Assembly: GCF_006345805.1 (NCBI RefSeq)
Contig: NC_043002.1
Coordinates: 89,342,001-89,406,000 of the forward strand
Direction: 5' to 3'
Source of the DNA: Octopus sinensis
Taxonomy: Eukaryota
DNA length: 64,000 bases
Made by a program: the position numbers and the translations under genes. This document shows, one piece after another, positions 39,542-54,100 of this stretch. How positions within the stretch are numbered: position 1 is the stretch's first letter; each line of letters starts with the position of its first letter. The notes beneath the pieces are model-generated. The model had not been told where the DNA came from. It saw only the letters and a list, made by a program, of their open reading frames with translations, and ran no database searches.

Positions 39542-41753
39542 CCTCCTGAATTTAACTTTTCAAAACTATTTCATTCTAATGACTGATGGTAGCCATTTAA
39601 AGTAACTGATTCATGATCATTCATTCTATGGGAGATAGTTAAATAAATGGGAAAATTGAAAATTGAAGTAATTAGCTATAAAATATGAATGTAGATTTTT
39701 TAAAAAAGCATCAATAAACGTAAATAATTTTTAATATTTTAAGAAACTTACAGATTAAGACATGGATTTCATGAAATTTTGAAACAAAGGACTGATGACA
39801 AAAAAAAAAAAAAAAGAAGTCAAATTTAGATAATTCTTTTCAGTATAAATGAAAAGATTATCTTGAACTAAAATGTAAACAGAATGAAAGAGTGAAATGT
39901 TTTTTTCATTGAGTGAAAAAAAAACAAAAACAAAAAAAAACTGTAACTAAAATGTAAAATAGACAGAAAAGAATTTTGAAACAAGAAAAAAAAAATGTTT
40001 ATTTTAATGGTCTACAAGGAAAAGAAAAAAAATATATGTAACTTGTATAATATACTATCATATAAATAAAGGCAAGTTTTCCCCTGGTAAAATTTTGATT
40101 CTTAAACAAATGAAGATGTAAATAATTTTACAAAATGTGAGGATGATGAACATTCCAAGGGATTGTCATGAAGTAATGGGTAAGAAAAAAAAACCAAAAA
40201 AAAAAAAAAAAAACGAACAAAAATTAAAAACAATGAAAAAGTAATATAAGGCAAGATAATGATCTGATTATGGGAATCAGACAAAACAATACTAATGACT
40301 TGCTAAAATAGCTCATGTTTTATGTTTTGTTTAAATACGTACATTGAAAGAAAGCATGTACAACATATTCAGCAAGTTCATGTGCAATAGTCATAAGTTT
40401 GATTTTATATATATGTATATATATAGTGTTGGACAAAGAACAGTATTTGCTACTGCTCATTTAAGACATACACCTAGAACGGTGATTAGGTAGAATTTAC
40501 TAAGTGGAAGAAGATAATTGGAGAAAGATATGAATATCTAATTTATTGTTTAACAAAAAGATTTGCTATAACAAAACATTATCTACTAAAGAAATAAAAT
40601 TGAACTGAAATAAAACACATTGTTTTTCTAAGAGAAATGGAATAATTCCAACAGTATGAAGATACTTCAATTCTCCAGTAAACATGATAATGGAAAAATT
40701 TCTAAAGCCATATATTAATAAAATATGTTTTGGAAATAACATTTTAATTTGCTTTACGTGATTATTCAGTTTGGTATATCTAGACTTTGATTTCAAATTC
40801 TACTGGCATCAGCTTTGCCTTTCATCCATCTTGAGATTGATAAAATAATTAAATAGTTATTCACTTAGTCTTAATCCAGCACCTATCCCCTACCTCCCCT
40901 ATAAATCAATGGCATTTACCAATGTCAGATATCAACAATATTTTACTATTCTCCACATTGAGTAAAAAATAAAACTTTTATTAAAAGTACTCAAACTAAT
41001 GATAAAAATTAAAGAAAAACCTCTTAATTTATGCATCTTTTTAAATGGACAATACGAAGATTAAATTTATTTAAGATGAAAGTTTTAGAAAATGAGTAAG
41101 TTGGTTCAAATGTAGTAATTACACACTGCGTTTTGTATTTAAAGGGGGTAAAAAAAATAAAATAGTTATTTTCTAGGTGTATTAATCTGTAAAGGAATAT
41201 GAATTCATGCTTCAATAATCGAGTAAAATTCGACTAATCCGAATATCATCATTAACCTCCATAAGCATCTGGATAAATATCTGATTAAATAGCAATGCGC
41301 ATACTCGTTTGATGCAAAGCTTATCCATTTATTTCTAACCAAAATAGAGATATAAGGAGAAGGAAAGAGAGAAAATAAGAAATGATGAAAGCAGATGTAG
41401 AAAGAGAGCTCTGTTATATATGCTATTCAGAAATTTAACAATTATGGCTGCAATCTATGCAAGATTCTCTCTTTTATTTCCAATTTATACTCCATTTCAA
41501 AATAAAGTTTATAATTGGTTGAATAAAAATTTTGAACCTGTCTCCACCTTCTTGCTGTGTTTTCTAGCAGATATACTGTAATAATTAGCGATCTTCACCA
41601 AAATATTGTTATAATTTTATTTGAATTTTCCTTATACATATTTATACAATATCTTTATCCATCCCTTTTGAGGTTTCCCCAAACCGCACATTACATTAAA
41701 ATGTCTTCCCCCATTGTCTTTGGTTGTTAGTGTTTTCAAGAATAGCAAAATCT

Positions 41754-42196
41754 TTACTTGTCTTTCTTAGATTCTTCAGATACCTCTGTGATGTTTTCTG
41801 TCTCGCTTTTATCTTTGTTTTCTTCATCACTCAACTCCTCTTTATCCACTAATTCAAAACCTTCCTGGTCATCACTAGCTTCACTCTCAGTACCTCCTTC
41901 ACTGGGAGTCTTATTTTCTTCATAGGATTTTTCTGTTGAGACAGACTGAGTTTCATTCACTGGTGATGTTGCAGTTGTAGAGACTGTGGCATCACCTGAG
42001 CCATTGTTTACACCATCTTTATCATTTTCTTTTATTTTTTTGTCAGAATCTTTACTTTTGGGTGCATAAGTTTCATGTTTATAAAGTGGCCGGAATGAAT
42101 CAATGAAACCAACATCTTCGTTGAGATTTGGTAGAAACCAGAAGTGATGTTTACCTAGAGTACACATCCATATAGCACAAAACAGTATTAAACGAA
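41754..42196 (-). CDS. SEC62: SEC62 exon 9 (last coding exon)
   Basis: (V)RLILFCAIWMCTLGKHHFWFLPNLNEDVGFIDSFRPLY...EGFELVDKEEL...ESKKDK, stop TAA. Confidence 0.95.
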
Positions 42197-45100
42197 CTGA
42201 AATGAATAAGAAAGAAAATTAAGTCAAGTTAAAGGAAGTTTTTAATTGTTTTGCAATAAACAATACCACAACATATACAACACATACAGTCAGTTTACAC
42301 TGGATTACATACATATATTTACTCACATGTGATTAGTTAGAATTCATCATCATCAACATTTAACATCGGTTTCCAATACTGGCATCCAGAGAGCTGCACC
42401 AAGTTCCAGTTAGATTTGGCTTGGTTTCTACAGCTGGATTCCCTTCCTAATAGCAACCACTTTACAGTGTGTGCTGGGTGCTATTAATGTGGCACCAACA
42501 GGAGTGCTTGTATGTGGCGCCTGCACGAATGCTTTTTAAGGTAACACAGGGCTCTTGCAGCTCAGTCCCCTTCATCAGTGGGAGTGGTATTAACACTTTT
42601 GACTTCTGCTATGTTAATATTCCAAAAGCTCAAAACATGAAATGGTATGTAATTTATATATACCATAATAACTCATGTAAATTACGCAGGATAAAATTTG
42701 TTAAAAAAGTTTCTACTCATGTAAAATTCACACCCAGCATAATTTCACTTACTTATGATACAGGCGGTACTGGCAATGACCTCGCTCGAATCCTTTTACA
42801 CATGCCACCAGCACAGGTGCCAGTAAGGCGATGTTCGTAATGATCACACTCGAATGGTGCCCTTTAAGTGCCACTGGCATGGAATCCGGTTAGCCGCTCT
42901 GTCAATGATCACGCTCGTATGGTGCTCTTTGCACCCTGCTAGCATGGACGCCAGACATCGAATTTGATTTAAAAGAAGACAAATATAAATAAACAATTTT
43001 AATTGCAACAAAATCAAAAGACAAATATGCTTACCAACAAAGAGGACCAGAATGAATGCAAGGAACCCAGCACCACTCAAACTTAAATAATAAACACCTA
43101 TTCTCACTTCCTCTGGCCAAAGAGGAAACAGACACAATGCTATGGCACCAAGAACTGTCAAGAAAGAGAAAACATATTTTGTAAATTTGTAAAAGCAAAA
43201 ATTTTATGTAATGTCAGTCAATTTAGAACATTTATTTGAAAGAACATAACTGCTATCGTCTTTACAGGGTGACAGATTTAAATACTTGAAAAACAATATT
43301 CTTCATAAGAGATTATATTCACATATTACACTGATGTTGTAAGATTACAAAATACTATAAATAATAGTATTTGTGTATTTCTTAAACATAATCATCAAAT
43401 AATTATTTCTCAAATATAAATGTTAGCAAGACTTACCCATGAGAAGCCCAATAATGAAAGTCTTTACAGGAACAGGATCATAGATCCAAACATAAACCTT
43501 CAAAAAAAAAAAGGTTTCAATTTAAAAAGAGAAATTTTTATCAGAATAAAATTTTAGAGTTATGGAACATTTATTTCACTGTATCAAAACTTAAAAAGTC
43601 AATATTGATCAATATAAACTGGTTTGAATTATGTTGTTGGACATATAATATCATACAACTCAAATTGCTTAGCTACATGCATATCTTATTTCAAAAGCAT
43701 GATTCATAAGAAAATCAGATTCATAACTCATTGTGTCCCCCATGTAGCATCACACTACTCACATGGCTAAAGATTCTATTTTTCCCTCATGGTTGCATAT
43801 TCTCTATTTTATTGACCACATGGTTAATGAGTTGTAGAGATAACAATAAATGGACATACACATTTTCTCTTTATATCCTACCTGCCATCAAGAAGAACAA
43901 GACCTCATCTGATCTTATTGGTATAATTACACATATGGCTTGTAAGCACATGTTTGAAACATATCTTAATTTACATATCACGCAAGGCAGAGTTTACATG
44001 TGAGTGCTTGTAAGAACGTACACACATAAGTCAATTAGCTATGGTGTGTTGTTACAGAAAAGAATGCTAAAAGTCAAATGGATAATGTTTGTAGAAATAT
44101 TTAGACATATTTTCCTAATGTCAAAATATTCACAAGCATAATTGACTACAGCCAAAGATAGACACATAACATGCTTTGAAATTTGTAGAGGCTAAGTCTG
44201 TAGCAATTCACTATTTAATAAGAGCTAAGTGTAGTGAATAAACTAAAATGAAATAACTTATTCATAGCTGCCAGTGATGGCTAAGAGAGTGAGAAATTAA
44301 ATGGCCAAAAAAAAAAAATGGATCATAAACTATTAGTCTGTGATTTGTTAAAATTACATACATATACATCAAATGAAATTAAAATGTCAGCATCAAGTTG
44401 TTACCAGTTCTCCATTTATATTTAATTTTTCTTTTCTTTTTTTTTTTAACAGAATCTGATTTATGATATAATTGATACATAAAGTATTTCAAAGCTATAG
44501 GTTTTTTGTAATAAATAAATCTGGCAATCACATCTTCATATTACAATACAGTTCAAAAGCTTAATTATAGATTAAATACTACCATTGATGTGACAAATTA
44601 CAGTGTGTTATAACAACATTTATGATCTGTACAAACTTAAATGCAGTTCCTACCCCAGTAAACAAATATTTTTAATTACTAAATATTTGTTGTTATTTTT
44701 ATTTAATCAGTTAAAAACATTCAATTTAGCACTTTTACAGATCTAGTTCCTTCATTTCCAACACTTCAAATGTTGCCATTCACAGACTGCATTTTACACT
44801 AACTCAGCAGTATTAGAATGATAGAAAATGTAACAAAATGGTCAGCAGATTCAATAAAAACAACAGAGGAACAACAATGAATACCTCATCTCCATCAATG
44901 AATCTTTGGTCATCTGGCATACCAAGTTTTAGCTTTTTCTCTTTCTTTTTCTTTTCTTCTTCCTGAAAAAAAAAAAGATAAAATTAAAAGGAAAATTATA
45001 GATTATTTAAGTATATAAGACCAAGGCGAATAGATTAACTCTTTTTCTCTATTTTATGTAGACAGTAATAAAAACTTTTTTCTCATACATATCCTGTTCT

Positions 45101-48100
45101 TGGGTAATTCAAACCATCATATTTGATGATATTTACTTCTGTATAAGGCTCCTTCTGTACACAATTTCAATAATAAAACACAAATTTCAGTTATGAAAAA
45201 CAAATGTGTGACTCATATATGAGGCTAAAAAGTTTCTTGTCCCAACTAGCTGTTTTATAAATACCAAATAACATATTGCATGTAGGTACAATAATCCTTT
45301 CTTTCTGCTTGAGGAACAAGGCCTGAAATTTTTGGGGAGGGGGTAAGTTGATTACATTGATCCCAGTACTCAACTGGTACTTAATCTATTGACCCCAAAA
45401 GGATGAAAGGTAAAGTTGACCTCAGTGAAATTTGAACTCAGAATGTAGCAGTAGACTAAATACCGCCAAGCATTTTGCCTGACATATTAACGGTTCTGCC
45501 AGATCACTGCACAATAATGTTGAGTAAATTATTTTACTTTTCAATGTCTGAAAACTAATCTAGAAAAAGTCACCCTAAGTCTGGTCTTTTGAACTGTCTG
45601 ATCAGCTGTATGCATGATAGAGAAGAGATTAGTAGTCGGGTTGATACCCTGAAGTGTACGGGTGTAGGTTGGTCAACTGAGAGAAATGGTGATGAGGGTA
45701 GGTCATAGTAAACTTTGAAAGAAACAGATGTGGGGAAAAATAGTAGCTCATATTGTTTTACAACCACTGAATGTAATACTGAGAAAGACATTGAAGGAAA
45801 AGATATATCTTCTATGGTTGACCAGAATGTTTTCAGATCAGAAGGAATTGATCAAATGTGGCAGCTTCAAGAAACCAAGCTTGCATCTTATTGTGGAAGA
45901 CATTCTAACTGATTGCAGAAAGGTGACATTGAGTTTCTTGAAGACAGGAAACTCAGATAAGCATAAATGGGACTGAACATGATTGAGATGACATATCTTT
46001 TCAATTGATTTTTAAGCTAAGTTTTTTAAGATGCTTATAAAATCTTTTGTTATCATTTCAATTTCCACTTTTCTATGTTTGCATGGGTGGAATGGAATTT
46101 ACTGAGGCAAGTTTTCTGTAGCCAGATGACCCTCTTGTTGTCTCCCTTTACCTTTTTTTTGCAAGGTAATGTAATATTTCCCCATAGCCAGACGTGTTTT
46201 CACAGAATATTAGAAATGAATGATACTGCTTGCATGACAGTGACACTTAAAACTATCATGTGATTCATACATACATATATATATACGACAGGCTTCTTTC
46301 AGTTTTCACCTACCAAATCCATTCACAAAGTTTTGGTTGGCCTGAGGCTATAGCAAAAGACACTCGTCTAAAGTGCTAAAGCAAAATTCTTAACCACATA
46401 ACCACACCTGTACTTATTTAATTTAATTAACACTAACCTTAAATGTGCTTTACTCACTGTAATACACTTAACAGTCATGTGCTATGATATTAATGGGCTT
46501 TTCATTATTATGTTGCTAAATATATTTTATTAATACACATGTTCAGTATGGTGACTCGATCATGTAATTCTATTAATAGCAACTAGCAGGACCCGTAAAT
46601 ATTTCCGAGAATGAATGGTAAAACCTATTGGCTTATTTCTGAAAACTTTATCCAGAAAATATGAAAGTGTAGCCTATGTTGTGTCTGTATGGAAAGATAG
46701 TTATTCATCTGCTACTCATTGAAAAGTGAAAGAAATTGGAATACAATGATTACTTAATGCATTTTATATACTTTATACACAATTTTATAGATGCAATACA
46801 TAGCACTCATAAAATAAATATTTATTCTTAATCTTTCATTGTCCCATAAACAAAAAAAAAATACCACACATATATGATGCAACCTTTAGTTAAATTGCAT
46901 ATATCTGCCTGTAAATAAATGTGAATATTTTATGGAATTGCACTTGTGCGCATGCATTAAGTGATAGGTAATATAAAAAAAACCTTAGTTCAATTAATTT
47001 AAAAAATAGTTTTCACTATCCAACCACCGCTTCTCCCTCTCTTTACCTTTCTTTAACCTTGCCATCAGAACATCACCCCTCTGCTAAAATTATATTTTAA
47101 ACTCTCTTCTTCTATATCATCACTACCTTCAACTAACTTTTTTAACCATGTAATAAATATTACATTCCCCCTACCTCACGTTATGGATGCTTCTCTCTCC
47201 CTCTTTTTCTCTAATCTCATAAAAGCATCACTGATGGGCTAAACAACAGAATTATTATAATATAGACAGATAACATAAGTTGAAAAGCTTCCTTGCCTTT
47301 GCAGTTTTATCTTCTATGTCGATTCCCATTATAAAAGCTTTCTACCAATTTTTCTATGCAAAATATGGATTGAAACTTATCCCTGAAGTATATAGATTAA
47401 GTATGTATTATGAAAATATTCACCTATTTCATAGATCTAAGAAATATGAAACACTGGAGTCTCTTATGCAGATCTCTAACTTTGAACCAAACTAGTACAT
47501 ACTATCATGGAAAAATATATCAGCATGGCTTTGTGGCGAGAAGTTTGTTTCTCAACTACAGGGTTCTGGGATCACTCCACAATATGGTTCCTTGGGCAAG
47601 TGTTTTCTGCTAAACCAAAGCCCTGTGAGTGGATTTTGTAGTTGGAAACTGAAAGAAGCCTGTCATATAGATGTGTGTGTGTGTGTGATTGTGTCTCCTT
47701 ATTTTTGATATCATGTGATAGTTGTAAAGTGATTGTCACTGTTAGACAAGCAGTGTCAATCATTTCCAATTTTCTATGAGGACATGTCTGGCCATGGCGA
47801 AATATTACCTTACTTGGAAACAAGTGAAGGTTGGTAACAGGAAGGGCAACAAGCTGTAGAAAATCTGCCTCAATAAACTCAGTCTGACTCATGCAAGCAT
47901 GGAAAATTGAATACTAAAATGGTGGTGGTTGAATCTGACAAATTATCATATTTTCCAATCGGCTATTTTACAAGTTATGTTAGAAAAGGATTAATTTAAC
48001 AGGTAAATTCATGCACACACAGCAATAATACCTTGTCAATAGACACAATCTACTATAGTGCATTATGGTGAGGTTATATTTGAATGTAAATTTTGCTTAT

Positions 48101-51100
48101 TTTTCAAATCAAGAGATAAAAATATCAACCTTCTTTTCTTCCTTTTCTTCTTTTTTCTTTTCAGTGTCATCTGTTTTTTCACCTTCACGGTCACTTTCTT
48201 TCTCTTTTTCTTTTTCTTTCTTGCTTTTCTTGTCCTTTTTACTTCGTTTCTCCTTGATAAATTACAAAATGAATACAGAAACATAATTTTTTTAATTCCC
48301 ACTTTAGTTTATTAGAACAATTTGCAATAAATAATTAACTAATTTGTGTTACACAAATCAGTCGATGACAAGTCATTTTGCTATAGGAATATTTTCAATG
48401 CTGGTAAAATAGCAATTCTGGTGTCCAGTCGGAGAATTAATGAAGAGTTCTGCACACCACCTCTCCTCTTTCCATCATTAAAGATACATACTATAGAGTG
48501 CATAAAATAGTCATTCATTGATGAGAATATGAACTTGCAAAAGTTTTGCTGCTGCACAGTACACAGAGAAAGAGTGAGCAATCCTCAACTGACTTGTACG
48601 TTTATAAGTTATTTGTTCTTTTTGTATTTAGATGTTAAAAGCAATCTGTATTTCAATGTAATGAGAAATAAAGTACATAGACCATATATGTGGCACTCCA
48701 TTAATTACAACAACAAGGGTTCCGGTTTGAGCCTGCACAAAAATTAATGTGCAAGTGGCTGACATGCATACACTTAATACACGTACCACTCACTTTTACT
48801 AGCTGAGTGAGCTGAAGCAACATGAAATGAAGTGTCTTACTCAAGGACACAACATGGGGCTAGGAAGTGAACAAATGGCCTTACAATTGTGAGCGGAATA
48901 CCCCTAGCCACTAAACCACGTGCCTTCACATAGACCATATATATCATGTATTGTACACTAAGGCAAATTGCTCAATTTTTACTGAAGAATATGTAAAAAA
49001 AAAAAAAATTACAATAAGCGACTTGTGCAATGTTCTATTCATTTACAACAATTTATGAAATACAACAGAGAAAGAATGTAGATATAAATGGAAATAGTTA
49101 CTCAGTAAAATGTAGATGTTTCTTGTTCTATAAGCAAGAAATATATATATACACACACATACACACGCATCAATGTACAACGAAAATTATCTTCAGTTGT
49201 AGACAACTAGTCAAATTTAAAAATACAATTATAACCATTATGGATTAAAACTGTGCTTAATTGCCAAATATTGTAAACTACCAGAATTATTTGTACTAGT
49301 AATACATATATATATACATATGAAAGAGAAAATCGCCACTATCTTTAGTAACCATTACATATTTAGAGTACACATAAGTTAATTTCTATTATTATAGCAC
49401 AAACCTTATCTTCTTCTAGATTGGTCTCTTCTTCACTTCCAGCCTTGATAGATTTCTTCTTTGTTTTTGTACGATCTGATTTTTTCTTTTCTATCCGAAT
49501 GGCCCGGTGAAAGAGGCCTTTTGTTAGTAATCTGAAATTGTAACCAAAGTGTAAGCTATTTAGTAAAAAAAAATTTAAATAGTTTGAAATAGTTGCATTT
49601 ATATACTTATTAGTTTGAATTTTCATATACAATCAACCCTAGAATGTCTTAATTTTCCTTAGGTGTCAACTAAGGAAACATTGTAATTAACCATAATATA
49701 ATTAAGTGTTCTATTATGAAAGTTGGAGTAGAATATATTTATACTTTTGTAGAGCAATAACCTATATTATCAACATTCATTTCATGCTGGTATGGGTCAG
49801 ACAGGTTGTTACAGCGAATCAACTCTCATTAATTGCCTTCCTACAAGAATCGGGACAATGTCTCACTTGTATATTTCCCATTTTAGTTTGGAAATGTAAA
49901 AAGTAAGACATAAATGTATATATCATTATCATCATCACCATTTATTGTCCATCGTCCATGCTGGCATGGGTTGGACAGTGTGAACAGAGCTGGTAAGCTT
50001 GGGGAACTGTACGAGACTCCAGTCTGATATGGTATGGTTTCTATGGCTGGGTGCCCTTCCTAACGCCAACCACTTTACAGAGTGTGCTGTGTGTTTTCAC
50101 ATGGCCCCATACAAGTGCTTTTATGTGACACCGCACAGGATATATATACACACACACTGACTATGGATCGTCATTTGTCTAATTTGGTTGCATGTGACAC
50201 AGAACCTCAAATCCCATCTTTTTGTGTGGTTAAACACATATCACTGCTCAGTTCAACATTGACTTTTGACATGTGTATAGCTTTAGCACAGTTCACTGTC
50301 ACAAGCGTTTTCACCAGGCTCCCTCAACCAAGTGGTTATAATGACCATGTGGAATATCAACATTCTCTACCTTTCCTTAGATGACAAAAACTAAAATTGC
50401 TGAACAATTTTCCCTTAAATATCCATAGATTTTGACCCAACCATAACCCCATAGATTGCTCCCAACTAATATGAGATAAATCTCTCAATCTTTATCTATA
50501 GTGCATCTCTGCTGTCCAGGTTGCACTCTTTACTCAAATAGTAGAGAAAAGTGACAATGTCCCTACATACGTACCGGCTGTTTTTTGTCTCCTTTTTTTC
50601 AGGAACAGCTTCATGTATTGGTGAACAGTCAATAGTTTTGGAGAGCATAAAGATTAATGTTGTACTTGGAGACTACAAAGCAGGAAGGTGATGGTCTTTG
50701 GGTGTGTCTCACATGAGGGTGATGCCGTGCCCCACACAACATCTTTGGTCAGGGCCTCAGGCTCAACTCAGACGGCTATGTGAAGCTGCTGGAGACTATG
50801 GTTAAACCATAGGTGAGGTAGCAGAATTTGGCTCATCATACAACTGGAGTTAGAAGTGGTTGTTGGGGAATTTCTATGACTTCACCAGCTCCAATATTTG
50901 GCCTCCTAATGCCCCTGATTGTAATCCCATGGATTACCATGTCTGGGATGTGGTTGAGAAAGACACCAACCACTCTACCTGCCACACTAATGCAAAGTTA
51001 GTGGCCAAGATCAAGAAGATGTTGAAAGATCTTCCTAGGGACACAGTGAGGAACTTGTGCACCAGGTTTTGGAGCCACCTTGAGGCCATGGTGGAAACTG

Positions 51101-54100
51101 AGCATGGCTACTTTGAGTAAACTCAAAGTTATCTCCCAGCCATAATCTAGCTATTATTTGATGTTTTTTTTAAAAATAATTTTATTTTTGGATGGACTAT
51201 TGTGTTTTTTTTTTCTTTGAAACAAACTGTCAAATTTAGCCCAATCACTGTAGATTCCACTCTCCTTGAAATTGATATCTTTCATCCAGATATCAACAAC
51301 TAAAAGTTCCAGGTACTCTAACTCAAAGTTTCCTCACTCACCTACCTACCCTAAATACAACTCCTCCAACTAACATCTTTTTAACTGTATCTTTTTGTGT
51401 TGAGGGCATCCATCTTACTTCACCTCTGGAGTCATTATCCTCAGTGATTTCAACTCTCACAACTGGTTGGAGTTCCCTCTCTTGCAGTACTTGCACATCA
51501 CCACTGATCTGAGCAAATGAAACCAACCTCTTAAGCAGGTCTCTCACAAACCACACACAAACGAAACTCAGTCACAAGTTCTCCAAGTGATTGGTTGACA
51601 GACTAACCATAACAGTTCAACCAAACAAATACTGCCAACAATCACCTACCTTTACAAATTGAAGAGCTCTTACCCAGTAACACAGCTTCCACAAAGCCAT
51701 CATCCAAACTGCAAAAGCTACCTTTGTACATCACACAGCCCCTAAATTCTCATGGATCCTAAACTGCAGCAATTTAAAAAAATCTCTTGCCAAAGGATCC
51801 CTGACAACTTTTCCTCCACTTTTTGAGCATGAGGATTCTGCAATCAGTACTCATGCAGAGAAAACTCAACATTTGCTGTCCACTTTGCATCCAACTCTAC
51901 ACACTAAGCAAATCTCAAACACTCTTTTCACTCTACTAGGTTCACCACACAGTTTCTGCACACGTCGCTCCTCTTTAAACTTCAACTGCATACAGCTTGA
52001 AACTGTCGTGATAGCTTCAAATGCTAGGTGTCCTCATCACTAATGATTTCCTGTGGCTGAAAAACATCCTTGACATAGGAAATGCTGCATCATAAAAAAA
52101 AAAAGAAATGGCCTTCCTCTGCAGTGTACAAAAATATTTCATCCCCAACAACCCTCAATTCAAATGAGACTCACAATGGGTAACTGTGCCTTCATCTGGG
52201 AAAGTACTGCTGCTATAAATACTGACATCTTAGACAATAGCCAACAAAAGACCACTTGACTGATTAACATAAAATCATTCATTAACATGCATCAACTCGT
52301 GGCTCTGACTGCTGCTACCCACAGGGGCTTATGCTTCTTGAAGTTGCCTAGTGTTGCATCATCTCAGCTCAAGCAAACCCAACTTACTGATCTCTCTTCT
52401 TAGGTGCTAGTTCACCCACCAATCCATTGCAATTTTTTTCCTGCACATGTCAGCTTGCAACTGTTCAAGAGGAAGGTCGATGGCCTCAATTTTACTAGTC
52501 TGTGAAGATCATGGGCTCAGCCTCTTCCTCCAGACAAAGTAAAAGAAAGAAAAAAAATTCCCTGCCTAAGTATGTTTTCATCATAGTTATGCTTTCAGAC
52601 AAATTTTGAAACAATCATGAAAGAATTCTAGAATATATAATCATAAGAACTTTGACTCCTGAGGACCTAATTCTCACTGCATTGTCTGTTGAAGAATATA
52701 TGCACATAAATGATGAATAAAACTGGTACTCTATCAGTTATGACACGTGTTCAAGTTGAGCCAATTAATGGAACAGCCTGCTCATAAAAACTAATGTGCA
52801 AGTGGCTGAGCTCTCCACAGACACTTGTGTCCTTAATGCAGTTCTCAGGGGATTCAACACAACACAAAATGTGATACGGCTGGCCCTTTGAATTACAGCC
52901 ATAACTCTTTTTTGCCAGCTGAGTGGACTGAGGCAATGTGAAACAAAGTGGTTTGCTCAAGGACACAATGTGCACTTGGGAATCAAACTCATGACCATAT
53001 GTTTGGGGGATAAATACCCTAATCAGTAAAAAGAGTTCTGGTAGAAATAAACTAAAAGTAAATTAATAGGTTAGAGCAAGAAGAGAGAAAATAACGTTAA
53101 GTATAGAGAGATGTTTTATTGTAGACTTATCTAACCCACACCAGCATGGAAAATGGATATCAAAGATGTATAACTGAAAATATTTAAATATACATGGTGT
53201 TGAAAAGTTCCTGGTCTTAAGGGTATCACAAAAGGCCTGGTTGGAGGCCCAGCCTTCTGGGTTCTTTTACAAGGTTTAGAAAAACTAAAGGTTCACTGCA
53301 ATAAGTGTGCAAATCTGAGAAGGGAATATGCTGCATAAAATCTTAATTAACTGATCCTCTTGTATTGTCTTTTACCCAAAGCCAAGAACTTTTCAGCACC
53401 CCCTCACATCATAGAATAGGGTACTACAATAAAATGAGAGATTAATATGACAATGTCTGTGCTTAGATGAAATTTTTCAATTTCTTTTACTGGTCAAAAT
53501 CAAAATCATTTCGATGACTGGCATCCGTGCTAGCGAGGTGCAAAAAGCACCATATGAGTGTGATCGTTGACAGAGCGGCTATTTGAGTATGACCATTACC
53601 AGCATCGCCTCACTGGTACTTATGCCTGTGGTAGTAGGGTGCCAAGAACACCATCCGAGCGTGATCGTTGCCAGAGCAGCCAACTGGCTTTTGTACCCGT
53701 GGCACGTAAAAGGGCACCATTCGAGCGTGATCGTTACCAATGTCGCTTCACTGGCACCTGTGCCAGTAGCACGTGTAAAAAGATTCGAGCGAGGTCATTG
53801 CCAGTACCTCCTGACTGGCCCCCGTGCAGGTGGCACGTAAAAAGCACCCACTACACTCTCGGAGTGGTTGGCATTAGGAAAAGCATCCAGCTGTAGAAAC
53901 TCTGCCAGATCAAGACTGGAGCCTGGTGCAGCCATCTGGTTGCCAGCCCTCAGTCAAAATCGTCCAGTATGGAAAGCAGACGTTAAATGATGATGGTCAA
54001 CTAAAGAAACAAATATATTTAAAGTTTTTGTTAAAACCAAGAAATTAACATCTTAGTTAGGTTTTATGCTTGTCATAAAGAATACAAAAACAAAGTAAAG

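Noticed and set aside
45570-45980. Possible LINE C-terminal zinc-knuckle remnant (CGSF...EDILTDC)
   Set aside because: Key Cys/His residues are missing and no other motif supports it; too degraded to call.
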